From positions 16,063 to 70,048 of the forward strand of contig JAPOVF010000073.1 of NCBI GenBank assembly GCA_026708285.1: a stretch of DNA of 53,986 nucleotides, in the 5' to 3' direction. The stretch comes from Acidobacteriota bacterium (lineage in GTDB: Bacteria; Acidobacteriota; Thermoanaerobaculia; Multivoradales; Multivoraceae). The notes under the pieces are model-generated. The model was not told the DNA's origin. It did no database searches and was given only the letters and a program-made list of their open reading frames with translations. The position numbers and the translations under genes were made by a program. This document shows positions 1 through 8,815 of the stretch, in pieces (the first letter of the stretch is position 1; every line of letters starts with the position of its first letter).

Positions 1-278
1 TGGTGATCGTCGTCGCCACCGGGGCGGCGCTGATCTACGGCACCTGGGGCATGCCGGTCTACGGCGATCCGGAGGCCGTGATCCACCACCACCTGGCGCC
101 GGACCTGATCGCCCAGACGGAGGAGAAGATCCACATCCCGAACATCGTGACCGCGATCCTCGCCAGCTTCCGGGGCTACGACACCCTGGGCGAAGTCGTC
201 GTCATCTTCACTGCCGGCGTCGGCGTGGCACTGCTGCTGGGGGGTCTGCACCGGCGCGGAAAGGAAGAGGAGTCGTGA
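1..278 (+). CDS. Mrp/Mnh Na+/H+ antiporter subunit (MrpA C-terminal/MnhB-related), 5'-truncated by window edge
   Basis: PNIVTAILASFRGYDTLGE motif; frame open at window edge; overlaps next mrp gene (GTGA). Confidence 0.85.
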   Translation, partial: VIVVATGAALIYGTWGMPVYGDPEAVIHHHLAPDLIAQTEEKIHIPNIVTAILASFRGYDTLGEVVVIFTAGVGVALLLGGLHRRGKEEES

Positions 279-754
279 GATCCACCTCCCGCGTCCGCGA
301 GATGCCGGTGCTGCGCGTCATCGCACGCGCTCTCGTGCCGATGATCCTGCTGTTCGGCCTCTACGTGCAGTTCCACGGCGACTTCGGCCCGGGCGGCGGC
401 TTTCAGGCCGGCGTCATCTTCGCCGCGGGGCTCATCGTCTACGCGCTGATCTTCGGCCTGGGCGCGCTGCGGCGCGTCGTTCCGCCGATCCTGACCGAGC
501 GGCTGATGGCCGCCGGGGTCCTGCTCTACGGCGCGGTCGGCGTGGTGGCGATGTTCCTGGGCGGCGAGTTCCTGGACTACTCGGCTCTCGATCCGCTGAC
601 GACAGGCCATCACGGCCAGCACCTGGGGATCATCGCCATCGAGCTCGGCGTCGGCATCGCCGTCGCGTCGACCATCATGCGCGTCTACTACGCATTCGTG
701 AGCCGCCGTCCCGGCGGCGCGGGAGCCGCCGAAGCGCCGGGAGACACGCCATGA
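275..754 (+). CDS. mrpB: Na+/H+ antiporter subunit B
   Basis: HGDFGPGGGFQAG motif, hydrophobic helices, operon context. Confidence 0.9.
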   Translation: MRSTSRVREMPVLRVIARALVPMILLFGLYVQFHGDFGPGGGFQAGVIFAAGLIVYALIFGLGALRRVVPPILTERLMAAGVLLYGAVGVVAMFLGGEFLDYSALDPLTTGHHGQHLGIIAIELGVGIAVASTIMRVYYAFVSRRPGGAGAAEAPGDTP

Positions 755-1149
755 GCCTGCCCGAGGCGTTCTCCGGGCTCTGGGCCTACTGGCTCATCAT
801 CGCGCTGATGATGGTCGGGCTCTACATCGTCATCGCGCGCGACAACCTGGTCAAGAAGGTGATGGGGCTCAACATCTTCCAGGCGGCGGCGATCCTCTTC
901 TACGTGACGATGGCGAAGGTGGCCGGCGGCACGGCGCCGATCGTGCAGGAGGGCGCGGAACACGGCGGCGGCCACGGCACGGCTGAGGTCGTCTACTCGA
1001 ACCCCCTGCCCCACGTACTGATGCTGACCGCGATCGTGGTCGGCGTCGCCACGACCGCCCTGGCCCTGGCCCTGGCCGTGCGTATCCACGGCGAGTACGG
1101 CACCGTCGAGGAGGACGAGGCGGTCGCGTGGGACATGGAGCACGGATGA
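751..1149 (+). CDS. mrpC: Na+/H+ antiporter subunit C
   Basis: NLVKKVMGL and NPLPHVLMLTAIVVGVA motifs; ATGA coupling. Confidence 0.92.
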   Translation: MSLPEAFSGLWAYWLIIALMMVGLYIVIARDNLVKKVMGLNIFQAAAILFYVTMAKVAGGTAPIVQEGAEHGGGHGTAEVVYSNPLPHVLMLTAIVVGVATTALALALAVRIHGEYGTVEEDEAVAWDMEHG

Positions 1150-1159
1150 GAGTTCCGGC

Positions 1160-2644
1160 GTGAGGGACCAGATCGTCGTCCTCGCGGTCGTCCTGCCGCT
1201 GCTGGCGGCGCCGGCGTGCGTGCTGCTGCGACACCCGCGCGTGACCCGCCTGTTCAGCCTCGGGGTCGTCGCCGCGTGCTTCGCGATCGCCGTGGCGCTT
1301 CTGGTCGAAGTGCGCGGCGGCAATGTCATCTCCTACCAGCTCGGCGGCTGGCCGCCGCCGCTCGGCATCGAATACCGCGTGTCCGTGATCAACGCCTACC
1401 TGCTGGTCCTGGTCACGGCGATGGCCCTCGTCGTGCTGAGCTTCCACTCGAGCGGCGGCCCGCACCGGGTGCCGGAGAGGCGACGGCACCTCTACTACGC
1501 CGTCTTCCTGCTCTGCATCTCCGGGCTGCTCGGGATCACGATCACGGGCGACGCCTTCAACATCTTCGTGTTCCTTGAGATCTCGTCGCTGTCGTCCTAC
1601 ATCCTGGTCAGCTTAGGCGGCCACCGGCGTGCCGTGATGTCCGCCTTCTACTACCTGGTCATGGGCACGATCGGCGGCGTCTTCTTCATGCTCGGCGTCG
1701 GCCTGCTTTACCAGGCGACGGGCACCCTGAACCTGCGCGACATCGCGGCCCGCCTCGAGCCGTCGCTCGACGATCGCAGCACGCTGCTTGCACTTGCGCT
1801 TCTGGTCGTCGGCATCTCGATCAAGCTGGCGGTCTTCCCCCTGCACCACTGGCTGCCGAACGCGTACTCCTTCGCGCCGCCCAAGGTGAGCGCCTTCCTC
1901 GCCGCGACCGCGACGAAGGTGTCCTTTTACCTGCTGGCGATGATCCTCTTCACGATCTTCGGCGCACCCTTCGTGTTCGGGGAGCTGCAACTGCACATGG
2001 TGCTCATGCCGCTCTCGATCCTGGCCATGTTCCTCGCCTCGGGCGCGGCCATCTTCCAGACGGACCTGCGGCGGCTGCTGGCCTACTCGAGCGTCGCCCA
2101 GATCGGCTACATGACCCTTGGCCTGTCGACCGCCAACGCCGTCGGCCTGGCGGGCGGCCTGGTCCACCTGTTCAACCACGCGGTGATGAAGGGCGGGCTG
2201 TTCCTGGTGGTCGCCTGCCTGCTCTACCGGGTCGGCTCCGTCCACCTCGACGCGCTTGCCGGTGTCGGCCGCCGCATGCCGCTCTCCTCCGCCGCGCTGG
2301 TCGTCGGAGGCCTGAGCCTGATCGGCGTGCCGGGCACGGTCGGTTTCGTGAGCAAGTGGTACCTCGTGTCCGGCGTGCTGGAACGCGGCTGGACCGCGGC
2401 GGCGGTGCTGATTCTGCTGAGCTCGCTGCTCGCCCTGGTCTATGTGGGACGGGTGGTCGAGGCCCTGTACTTCCGCCGCCCCGCGGCCGATCACGTCCGA
2501 CCGGATTTGCGCGAGGCGCCGCTGGGCATGCTCGCGCCGACCTGGATCCTCATCGCCGCCGCCGTCGTCTTCGGCCTGACCACGGACTGGACCTACGGCG
2601 TCGCCGCCGAGGCCGCCGAACTCCTGCTCCAGGGCGGCATCTGA
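1160..2644 (+). CDS. mrpD: Na+/H+ antiporter subunit D
   Basis: GDAFNIFVFLE, PLHHWLPNAY, RRLLAYSSVAQIG antiporter-like subunit motifs. Confidence 0.9.
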   Translation: MRDQIVVLAVVLPLLAAPACVLLRHPRVTRLFSLGVVAACFAIAVALLVEVRGGNVISYQLGGWPPPLGIEYRVSVINAYLLVLVTAMALVVLSFHSSGGPHRVPERRRHLYYAVFLLCISGLLGITITGDAFNIFVFLEISSLSSYILVSLGGHRRAVMSAFYYLVMGTIGGVFFMLGVGLLYQATGTLNLRDIAARLEPSLDDRSTLLALALLVVGISIKLAVFPLHHWLPNAYSFAPPKVSAFLAATATKVSFYLLAMILFTIFGAPFVFGELQLHMVLMPLSILAMFLASGAAIFQTDLRRLLAYSSVAQIGYMTLGLSTANAVGLAGGLVHLFNHAVMKGGLFLVVACLLYRVGSVHLDALAGVGRRMPLSSAALVVGGLSLIGVPGTVGFVSKWYLVSGVLERGWTAAAVLILLSSLLALVYVGRVVEALYFRRPAADHVRPDLREAPLGMLAPTWILIAAAVVFGLTTDWTYGVAAEAAELLLQGGI

Positions 2645-2654
2645 GGCCGGGTCG

Positions 2655-4127
2655 ATGAACTCCGGGACGACGATTGCGGTCGCGTTGCTGCTGCCGGTAG
2701 CGGCGGCGGTCTCCTGCCAGGTCTTCGGCCGCCTCAGGCATCCGAACCTGCGCGACCTGGCGACATCCTTGATCGGCGTCGGGACGTTCGCCGCCGTCTG
2801 GCAACTCGGCGACGACGTCCTGCGAGGCGGCCGGCCGGAACTCGTCCTGTTCGAGGTCCTGCCAGGAGTCGAGTTGGCGTTCCAGGTCGAGCCGCTCGGC
2901 CTGCTCTACGGGCTCGTCGCCAGCGGCCTGTGGATCGCCACGTCGATCTACGCCGTCGGCTACATGCGCGGCCACCACGAGCGGAACCAGACCCGCTTCT
3001 TCACCTTCTTCGCGCTCTCGATCTTCGCCGCAATCGGCATCGCCTTCGCCCGCAACCTGTTCACCCTGTTCCTGTTCTACGAGGCGCTGACGCTCCTCAC
3101 CTTCCCGCTCGTCACCCACCACGGCACCGACGAGGCGAGGCGCGCCGGGCGCGTCTATCTCGGCATCCTGCTGTTCACCTCGATCTCCTTCCTGCTGTTC
3201 GCCATCCTCTTCACCTGGCGGCTGACCGGCACCGTCGAGTTCGCGCCCGGCGGCATCCTCGCCGCGGACACGAGTTCCGGCATGGTCACGGTTCTCCTGC
3301 TGCTCTACGCCTTCGGCGCCGGCAAGGCGGCCCTCATGCCCTTCCACCGCTGGTTGCCGAACGCGATGGTCGCGCCGACTCCGGTCAGCGCACTGCTGCA
3401 CGCCGTGGCGGTGGTCAAGGCCGGCGTGTTCGCCATCCTCAAGGTCGTCGTCTACGTCTTCGGCCTCGACCTGCTCCGCGGCAGCACGGGTTCCCTCGCG
3501 CTGATGACGATCGCTTCCTTCACCATGCTGATGGCAGCGGTGGTCGCGATCCGGCAGGACAACCTGAAGGCGCGCCTCGCCTACTCCACGATCAGCCAGC
3601 TCGCCTATATCGTCCTCGGCGCGGCGATGGCGACGGCCACCGGCATCCTCGCCGGCGGCATGCAGATCGCGATGCACGCGGCCGGCAAGATCACCCTCTT
3701 CTTCTGTGCCGGCGCGATCCTGGTCGCCACGCACAGGAAGAAGGTCAGCGAGCTCGATGGCCTGGGCCGGACGATGCCCTGGACCTTCGCCGCCTTCTTC
3801 GTCGCCTCGCTCTCGATCATCGGCATCCCACCCCTCGGCGGTTCCTGGGCCAAGTGGTACCTGATGGTCGGCGCGCTCGAGACCGGCTTCGCGGGACAGG
3901 CCGCGTTTCTCGGCGTCCTGATGCTGAGTTCGCTCCTCGCCGTCTTCTACCTGATGCCGATCGTCGTCCGGGGCTTCTTCGCGGCACCTCCGGGTGGCGA
4001 CGGGGGCGGGCCGCGGAAGATCTCGGAAGCGCCGCTGCTCTGCGTCCTTCCCCTCGTGCTCACCGCGCTGCTGTCGCTGGCGCTGTTCTTCGCCGCGCCC
4101 GACCTGGTCGATCTCCTGAGGTTCTAG
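2655..4127 (+). CDS. mrpD: Second MrpD/MrpA-N-like antiporter subunit
   Basis: PFHRWLPNAMVAPTPVSALLHAVAVVKAG and ARLAYSTISQL motifs. Confidence 0.85.
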   Translation: MNSGTTIAVALLLPVAAAVSCQVFGRLRHPNLRDLATSLIGVGTFAAVWQLGDDVLRGGRPELVLFEVLPGVELAFQVEPLGLLYGLVASGLWIATSIYAVGYMRGHHERNQTRFFTFFALSIFAAIGIAFARNLFTLFLFYEALTLLTFPLVTHHGTDEARRAGRVYLGILLFTSISFLLFAILFTWRLTGTVEFAPGGILAADTSSGMVTVLLLLYAFGAGKAALMPFHRWLPNAMVAPTPVSALLHAVAVVKAGVFAILKVVVYVFGLDLLRGSTGSLALMTIASFTMLMAAVVAIRQDNLKARLAYSTISQLAYIVLGAAMATATGILAGGMQIAMHAAGKITLFFCAGAILVATHRKKVSELDGLGRTMPWTFAAFFVASLSIIGIPPLGGSWAKWYLMVGALETGFAGQAAFLGVLMLSSLLAVFYLMPIVVRGFFAAPPGGDGGGPRKISEAPLLCVLPLVLTALLSLALFFAAPDLVDLLRF

Positions 4128-4148
4128 ACTGCGTGCTACGGCCTGGAG

Positions 4149-5351
4149 TCACTCGGGCTCGCCGCTTCGCGGCATCGCCCCCAGTGCCGGCCGGAAGGCC
4201 GGCGCACCCAGTCTCTTCACCCAGCGGCCGTACCGCAGCCGCTCCTCGGCCGGCACGAGCCCGAGCCATCTCCTGAACTTCCGGCGGTCAGCAAAGCGGG
4301 ACACTTCCGCCAGTCGCACCTCGACCGGCAGAAAAGCGCCGTACGGGTCCTCATCTACCGGGTCCTCCCCCGAGGCGAAGCGCAGCAGCAGGCGCCGCTC
4401 CAGTCGCTCGAACTCGGCCTCCAACTGATGCTCGACCCGCAGCGCGGCGCCGCAGGAGGAGACCGCTGTCCAGCGCAGCGGTTCGTACCGCGGCTCGACG
4501 TAGAAGTCGAAGCTGTTCGCCACAAGACCCTGCAGGCGGCTGGGGTCGCCGCCCGAAGGCGCCATCTTGACCCCGGGCATCAACGCCTTCCACTGTTCGA
4601 AGCTAACCGGCCTCGGCTCGCCGAAGTCCGGATCCGGCGTGGGGGTGTGGAGCGCCATGGCAACCACGATCCATCCGTGGCCGGACAAACCCACCGCCAG
4701 GTCATCGGCGGCCCGCACGCCGTCGTTGTCCAGGGCGAGGAACCCGTCGCTGAGCCAGAACAGGAAGCACGGCGGATCGCCGCAGCGAGGAACGGCCTCA
4801 CCCAGCAGGCGATCGACCGATTCGAGCATCACGTCGACGTCGGTCGGCAGGCCGGCGGGCCGATTCTCCGACTCGAAGTAGGCATCCCGGCCCAGGCCCG
4901 CGCCGGCGATCTCCTGAAGAACCGCCTGCACCGCCCGCGGCTTCGTCGACGCCCCGAGTCGAAGCTCCACGCCGTCCGGCGCTCCGTCGTCGACCGCGAT
5001 CTCGACCGGGCCCAGCGCGGTCAGGGACCGCGCCTGTCGCGCCAGCGCTCCGGCGCCCAGTCGAACCGTTTCGGGCTTCGAGAGCACGGCATCGACGTAG
5101 ACGAGAACCGGCCGCGGGTTCGCCTTCAGGTCGAGCGCCGACACACCCGTCACGCGGCGACGCTTCCCATTCACTTCGACCACAAAGTCATCCGGCTCGA
5201 ACTCCTCGGGCGACACCCTGCCCAGCCGCGGCAGCTCGATGACCACCGACGACTCCGCGACATCGACTTCCTCCACGAAGGTCCGGTCCGGCGGCGACTG
5301 GGCAGACAGAGCCGCGGCGAACAGGACGAACGACCCGGCGGCGATCCTCAC
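4149..5351 (-). CDS. Exported protein resembling the Acidobacterial VWFA-related family (degenerate MIDAS)
   Basis: GTG at 5351 followed by signal peptide (VRIAAGSFVLFAAALSA-Q); FVEEVDV...DDFVVEVNGK pattern; WLSDG; the longer 693-aa call is antisense shadow of the next gene. Confidence 0.6.
   Translation of the reverse strand: MRIAAGSFVLFAAALSAQSPPDRTFVEEVDVAESSVVIELPRLGRVSPEEFEPDDFVVEVNGKRRRVTGVSALDLKANPRPVLVYVDAVLSKPETVRLGAGALARQARSLTALGPVEIAVDDGAPDGVELRLGASTKPRAVQAVLQEIAGAGLGRDAYFESENRPAGLPTDVDVMLESVDRLLGEAVPRCGDPPCFLFWLSDGFLALDNDGVRAADDLAVGLSGHGWIVVAMALHTPTPDPDFGEPRPVSFEQWKALMPGVKMAPSGGDPSRLQGLVANSFDFYVEPRYEPLRWTAVSSCGAALRVEHQLEAEFERLERRLLLRFASGEDPVDEDPYGAFLPVEVRLAEVSRFADRRKFRRWLGLVPAEERLRYGRWVKRLGAPAFRPALGAMPRSGEPE
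4157..4213. repeat. REP-like dispersed repeat, copy 1
   Basis: 4157-4180 matches 11677-11700 at 23/24 nt; 4197-4213 is identical to 11729-11745; internal hairpins. Confidence 0.8.
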
Positions 5352-5406
5352 GGCAGCGCCAGAATACCGAGGCCCGAATCCACCGAGGCTATAGTCGCAG
5401 CTTCGA

Positions 5407-6645
5407 ATGGCGCACCACACCACGCGACGCGCATTCCTGGGGGCGGTCGGTGCGGCCGGCGGCGCGTCCGTCGCCTGCAGTTCAGGCCTCACCGGAGGCC
5501 CCCCGGAGCCCGCCTTGAGCCACGAAGCGATTCCGCTCGACAGACCCATCGCGGTCGAGGACATCCCGACCCCGGCGTTGCTCATCGACGTCGCCACGAT
5601 GGAACTGAATCTGGCGAAGATGGCGGCCCATGCCGAGGAGCACGGCATCGGGCTTCGCCCCCACACGAAGACCCACAAGTGTCCGCTGCTGGCCAAACGC
5701 CAGATCGAGGTGGGTGCGGTCGGCGTCTGCTGCGCCAAGGTCAGCGAGGCGGAGGTCATGGTCGAGGCCGGAATCGAGGCCGTGCTCATCACCTCGCCCG
5801 TCGTAACCAGGGACAAGATCGGCCGGGTCGTCGCCCTGTCGAAGAAGAGTTCGGAAGTCGCGCTGGTGGTCGACAACCGCGCGGCGGCGGAACGGCTGAA
5901 CGAGGCGGCCGCGGCCGCTGACGTCACCCAGCGGGTGCTCGTCGACCTCGATGTCGGCACCCGGCGCACCGGGATCGCTACCGGCCAACCGGCCCTCGAT
6001 CTGGCACGGACAATCGGCGGTCTGTCCAACCTCGACCTCCGGGGCCTCCAGGCATACGCCGGCCACCTGATGCACGTCCACGGCCACGCCGAGCGGCAGG
6101 AGCGTTCGCTCGCGGCACTCGAGGCCGCGATCGAGACGAAGCGGCTGATCGAGGCGGACGGCATCGAAATCAGCGTCCTGACCGGGGGCGGTACCGGCAC
6201 CTGGGACATCGACTCGCAGGTCGACGGCATGACGGATCTCCAGGTCGGCTCCTACCTGTTCATGGACGAGCAGTACCGGCGGATCGGGAGCCGCGACGGG
6301 GATGTCTTCGACGACTTCGAGACCTCCCTATTCGTCGTGGTCACCGCGATCAGCCAGCCGGTGCCCGAACTGATCACGACGGATGGGGGCTACAAGGCGT
6401 TCGCGTCGGACGCCGACCGGCCGCAGCTCGCCGACCTCGCCGGCGTCGTCTACGGCTGGGGCGGCGACGAGCACGGCATCCTCCGGATCGCCGAGGCGAC
6501 CCGGCCGCCCCAGCTCGGCGACCGGCTCTGGTGCGTCACGCCGCACTGCGATCCGACGGTCAACCTCTACGACGTGTACTACCCGGTGCGGAACGGCCGG
6601 GTGGAGGAGCTGTGGCCGATCAGCGCCCGGGGCAAGTCGCAATAG
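5407..6645 (+). CDS. DSD1/D-threonine aldolase-like fold-type III PLP enzyme with Tat-lipoprotein signal
   Basis: TPALLID, LRPHTKTHK (PLP Lys), GGGTGT, GDEHG, PHCDPTVNLYD; N-terminal TRRAFLG...SVAC. Confidence 0.88.
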   Translation: MAHHTTRRAFLGAVGAAGGASVACSSGLTGGPPEPALSHEAIPLDRPIAVEDIPTPALLIDVATMELNLAKMAAHAEEHGIGLRPHTKTHKCPLLAKRQIEVGAVGVCCAKVSEAEVMVEAGIEAVLITSPVVTRDKIGRVVALSKKSSEVALVVDNRAAAERLNEAAAAADVTQRVLVDLDVGTRRTGIATGQPALDLARTIGGLSNLDLRGLQAYAGHLMHVHGHAERQERSLAALEAAIETKRLIEADGIEISVLTGGGTGTWDIDSQVDGMTDLQVGSYLFMDEQYRRIGSRDGDVFDDFETSLFVVVTAISQPVPELITTDGGYKAFASDADRPQLADLAGVVYGWGGDEHGILRIAEATRPPQLGDRLWCVTPHCDPTVNLYDVYYPVRNGRVEELWPISARGKSQ

Positions 6646-7190
6646 TCGAGCGGCGCCCCATCGTCGGCGTGATGGGTTCGGGCACTGAAAGCCACGAGGA
6701 TCTGGCCGCGCCCCTGGGCCGGGCGATCGCCGGGAACGGCTGGCATCTGCTGACCGGCGCCGGCCGCGGCACGATGACGGCTACCAGCCGCGCCTTCGCC
6801 GAGGCGGAGAACCGGGAGGGCCTGTGCCTGGGCGTCGTTCCGAGCCAGCAGGACGGCGACGGCTCGCCCGACGGCTACCCCAACCCGTGGGTGGAGGTCG
6901 TGATCCGCACCCACCTGCCGCTGTCCGGCGCCGCCGGTACCGGTCCGTTCTCGCGCAACCACATCAACGTCCTCTCTGCCGACGCCGTCGTCGCGTTGCC
7001 GGGCAGCGCCGGCACCTGGAGCGAGATCGAGCTGGCGCTCCGCTACGAACGGCCTTTGGCGGTCTTCGATCGTCCTCCGGGCGACAGCGACCAATCGACC
7101 GGGGCCGCCGCGGCCGGCACGCGCGTGTTCACCGACCTCGACGAACTCGTCGACTGGCTGCGCCGCACCGTTACCATCCCGCCCCGATGA
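6612..7190 (+). CDS. LOG/molybdenum cofactor carrier (Rossmann-fold) family protein
   Basis: IVGVMGSG, LLTGAGRGTM, SRNHINVLS, LPGSAGTWSE; start uncertain (GTG 6612 after GGAGGAG chosen). Confidence 0.75.
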   Translation: MADQRPGQVAIVERRPIVGVMGSGTESHEDLAAPLGRAIAGNGWHLLTGAGRGTMTATSRAFAEAENREGLCLGVVPSQQDGDGSPDGYPNPWVEVVIRTHLPLSGAAGTGPFSRNHINVLSADAVVALPGSAGTWSEIELALRYERPLAVFDRPPGDSDQSTGAAAAGTRVFTDLDELVDWLRRTVTIPPR

Positions 7191-8065
7191 ACGGCGCGGT
7201 CCAGGAGATGGTCGACCTGCTGCAGATGGAGCAGATCGAGGAGAACCTGTTCCGGGCGCAGAACGGACCGGGTAACCACGTCTTCGGCGGGCAGGTGCTG
7301 GGCCAGGCGATCGTCGCCGCCTCGAGGACGGTCGGGGATCGACACCTGCACTCGATCCACGCCTACTTCCTGCGACGCGGCGACCCCGAACGCCCGATCC
7401 TGTTCGACGTCGACCGCATCCGCGATGGGACGAGCTTCACCACCCGGCGCGTCGTCGGCATCCAGCACGGTCAGGCGATCTTCAACATGTCGTCCTCCTT
7501 CCAGGTCGAGGAGGGCGGGCTCCAGCACCAGTCCGACATGCCCGATGTGCCGCCGCCCGACGAACTCCCCTCCGACGGCGACATCTACAGGAAGATGGCG
7601 AAGGACGACCCCTCCTACCGGCGTTTCGCGCACCGTTTCGAGGTCATCGACAGCCGCCAGGTCGAGGGCATCCAGATGCTCCCGCGCGGCGACCGCCCGG
7701 CGACCGAACCGCGCAAGAACACGTGGCTGCGCTGCCGCGAGTCCCTGCCGGACGACCGCATCGTTCACCTCTCCCTTCTCGCCTACATGTCCGACCTGGA
7801 CTTCATGGCCGTGTCCATGCAGCCGCACGGTCCATCGATGAAGGGCTATCGCGTCCAGGGAGCCAGCCTCGACCACGCGCTCTGGTTCCACCGCCCCTTC
7901 CGCGCCGACGACTGGCTGCTGTTCAGCAAGGAGAGCCCCGTCGCGGCGCGCGGCCGCGGCTTCGTCCGCGGCCATGTGTTCAACCAGCAGGGCGAGTTGA
8001 TCGCCTCGGCGAGTCAGGAGTGCCTGATCCGGCTGCGGGAGCGGGAGCACAGCGTGGCGGGCTGA
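7187..8065 (+). CDS. tesB: Acyl-CoA thioesterase II
   Basis: VFGGQVLGQA, HSIHAYFLR, RDGTSFTTRRV, ASLDHALWFH; ATGA overlap with upstream gene. Confidence 0.93.
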   Translation: MNGAVQEMVDLLQMEQIEENLFRAQNGPGNHVFGGQVLGQAIVAASRTVGDRHLHSIHAYFLRRGDPERPILFDVDRIRDGTSFTTRRVVGIQHGQAIFNMSSSFQVEEGGLQHQSDMPDVPPPDELPSDGDIYRKMAKDDPSYRRFAHRFEVIDSRQVEGIQMLPRGDRPATEPRKNTWLRCRESLPDDRIVHLSLLAYMSDLDFMAVSMQPHGPSMKGYRVQGASLDHALWFHRPFRADDWLLFSKESPVAARGRGFVRGHVFNQQGELIASASQECLIRLREREHSVAG

Positions 8066-8076
8066 GCGGGGACGGC

Positions 8077-8111
8077 TTGACAAGAAACGACCGGTCCTGA
8101 AGACTGGTCAG
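8077..8111 (+). promoter_or_regulatory. Sigma70-type promoter with two palindromic operators for the toxin-antitoxin operon
   Basis: TTGACA (8077-8082), 17 nt, AAGACT (8100-8105), 6 nt, ATG; palindromes GACCGGTC (8089-8096) and GACTGGTC (8102-8109). Confidence 0.7.
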
Positions 8112-8351
8112 ATGGAGACGATCAACGCCACCGACTTCAAGGCACGCTGTCTGGCGATTCTCGACCGCGTAGCTGCAACCGGCGAACCAGTCGTGATTCT
8201 GAAGCGCGGCCAACCAGTCGCCGAACTCTCCCCAGCGGTTCGGTCCGGTGCTGCGTACCCGCAGCACGAGTTGAAGGGCACCGTGACCGAAGTCGGCGAC
8301 ATCGTGGAACCGGCGGTGCCCGCAGACGAATGGGAGAGCACGCACCGTTGA
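8112..8351 (+). CDS. Phd/YefM family antitoxin
   Basis: INATDFKARCLAILDRV...PVVILKRGQPVAEL; directly upstream of a PIN toxin. Confidence 0.9.
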   Translation: METINATDFKARCLAILDRVAATGEPVVILKRGQPVAELSPAVRSGAAYPQHELKGTVTEVGDIVEPAVPADEWESTHR

Positions 8352-8746
8352 CGCTACTGGTGGACACGCATGTCCTCATCTGGTGGCTCGACGATTCCGG
8401 CCGGCTTTCGCCAGCCCAGCAGGAGGCTGTCGCGACAATCGACCCCCAGTCGCCACTCCTGGTATCCGACATCTCACTCTGGGAGATCGCGACCCTATGC
8501 AGCCTGGGGCGAGTACGCCTTTCGTTGCCCCTGCGAGAGTGGCTCGACAAGGCGGTAGCGCCGCCGCTGGTGCGGCGACAAGGGATCTCGCCAGCGATCG
8601 CTGAGCATGTCGCCACCCTTCCCGATTCGTTTCACCGAGATCCCGCCGATCGAATTCTCGTCGCGACGGCGCGAGTACTTGGCGCGACTCTGCTGACGCA
8701 GGACCGGAGAATCATCCAGGCAGCGCTGGTCGACACCTTGGCCTGA
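8348..8746 (+). CDS. vapC: PIN-domain VapC toxin
   Basis: LLVDTHVLIW, SDISLWEI, HRDPADRILVATA, LLTQD; TTG start overlapping the antitoxin TGA. Confidence 0.92.
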   Translation: MTLLVDTHVLIWWLDDSGRLSPAQQEAVATIDPQSPLLVSDISLWEIATLCSLGRVRLSLPLREWLDKAVAPPLVRRQGISPAIAEHVATLPDSFHRDPADRILVATARVLGATLLTQDRRIIQAALVDTLA

Positions 8747-8815
8747 GCTCCTCCGTCTCAACGCACCTAGCCGGGCTCGCTATGATCCGCGCTCCACGCG
8801 CTCCCCGGGACTGCC

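Noticed and set aside
1-4127. Two MrpD-like genes and split B subunits
   Set aside because: A known Mrp operon variant
5352-6230. N-terminal 290 aa of the 693-aa minus-strand ORF
   Set aside because: Antisense shadow of the PLP enzyme; a signal peptide begins at GTG 5351
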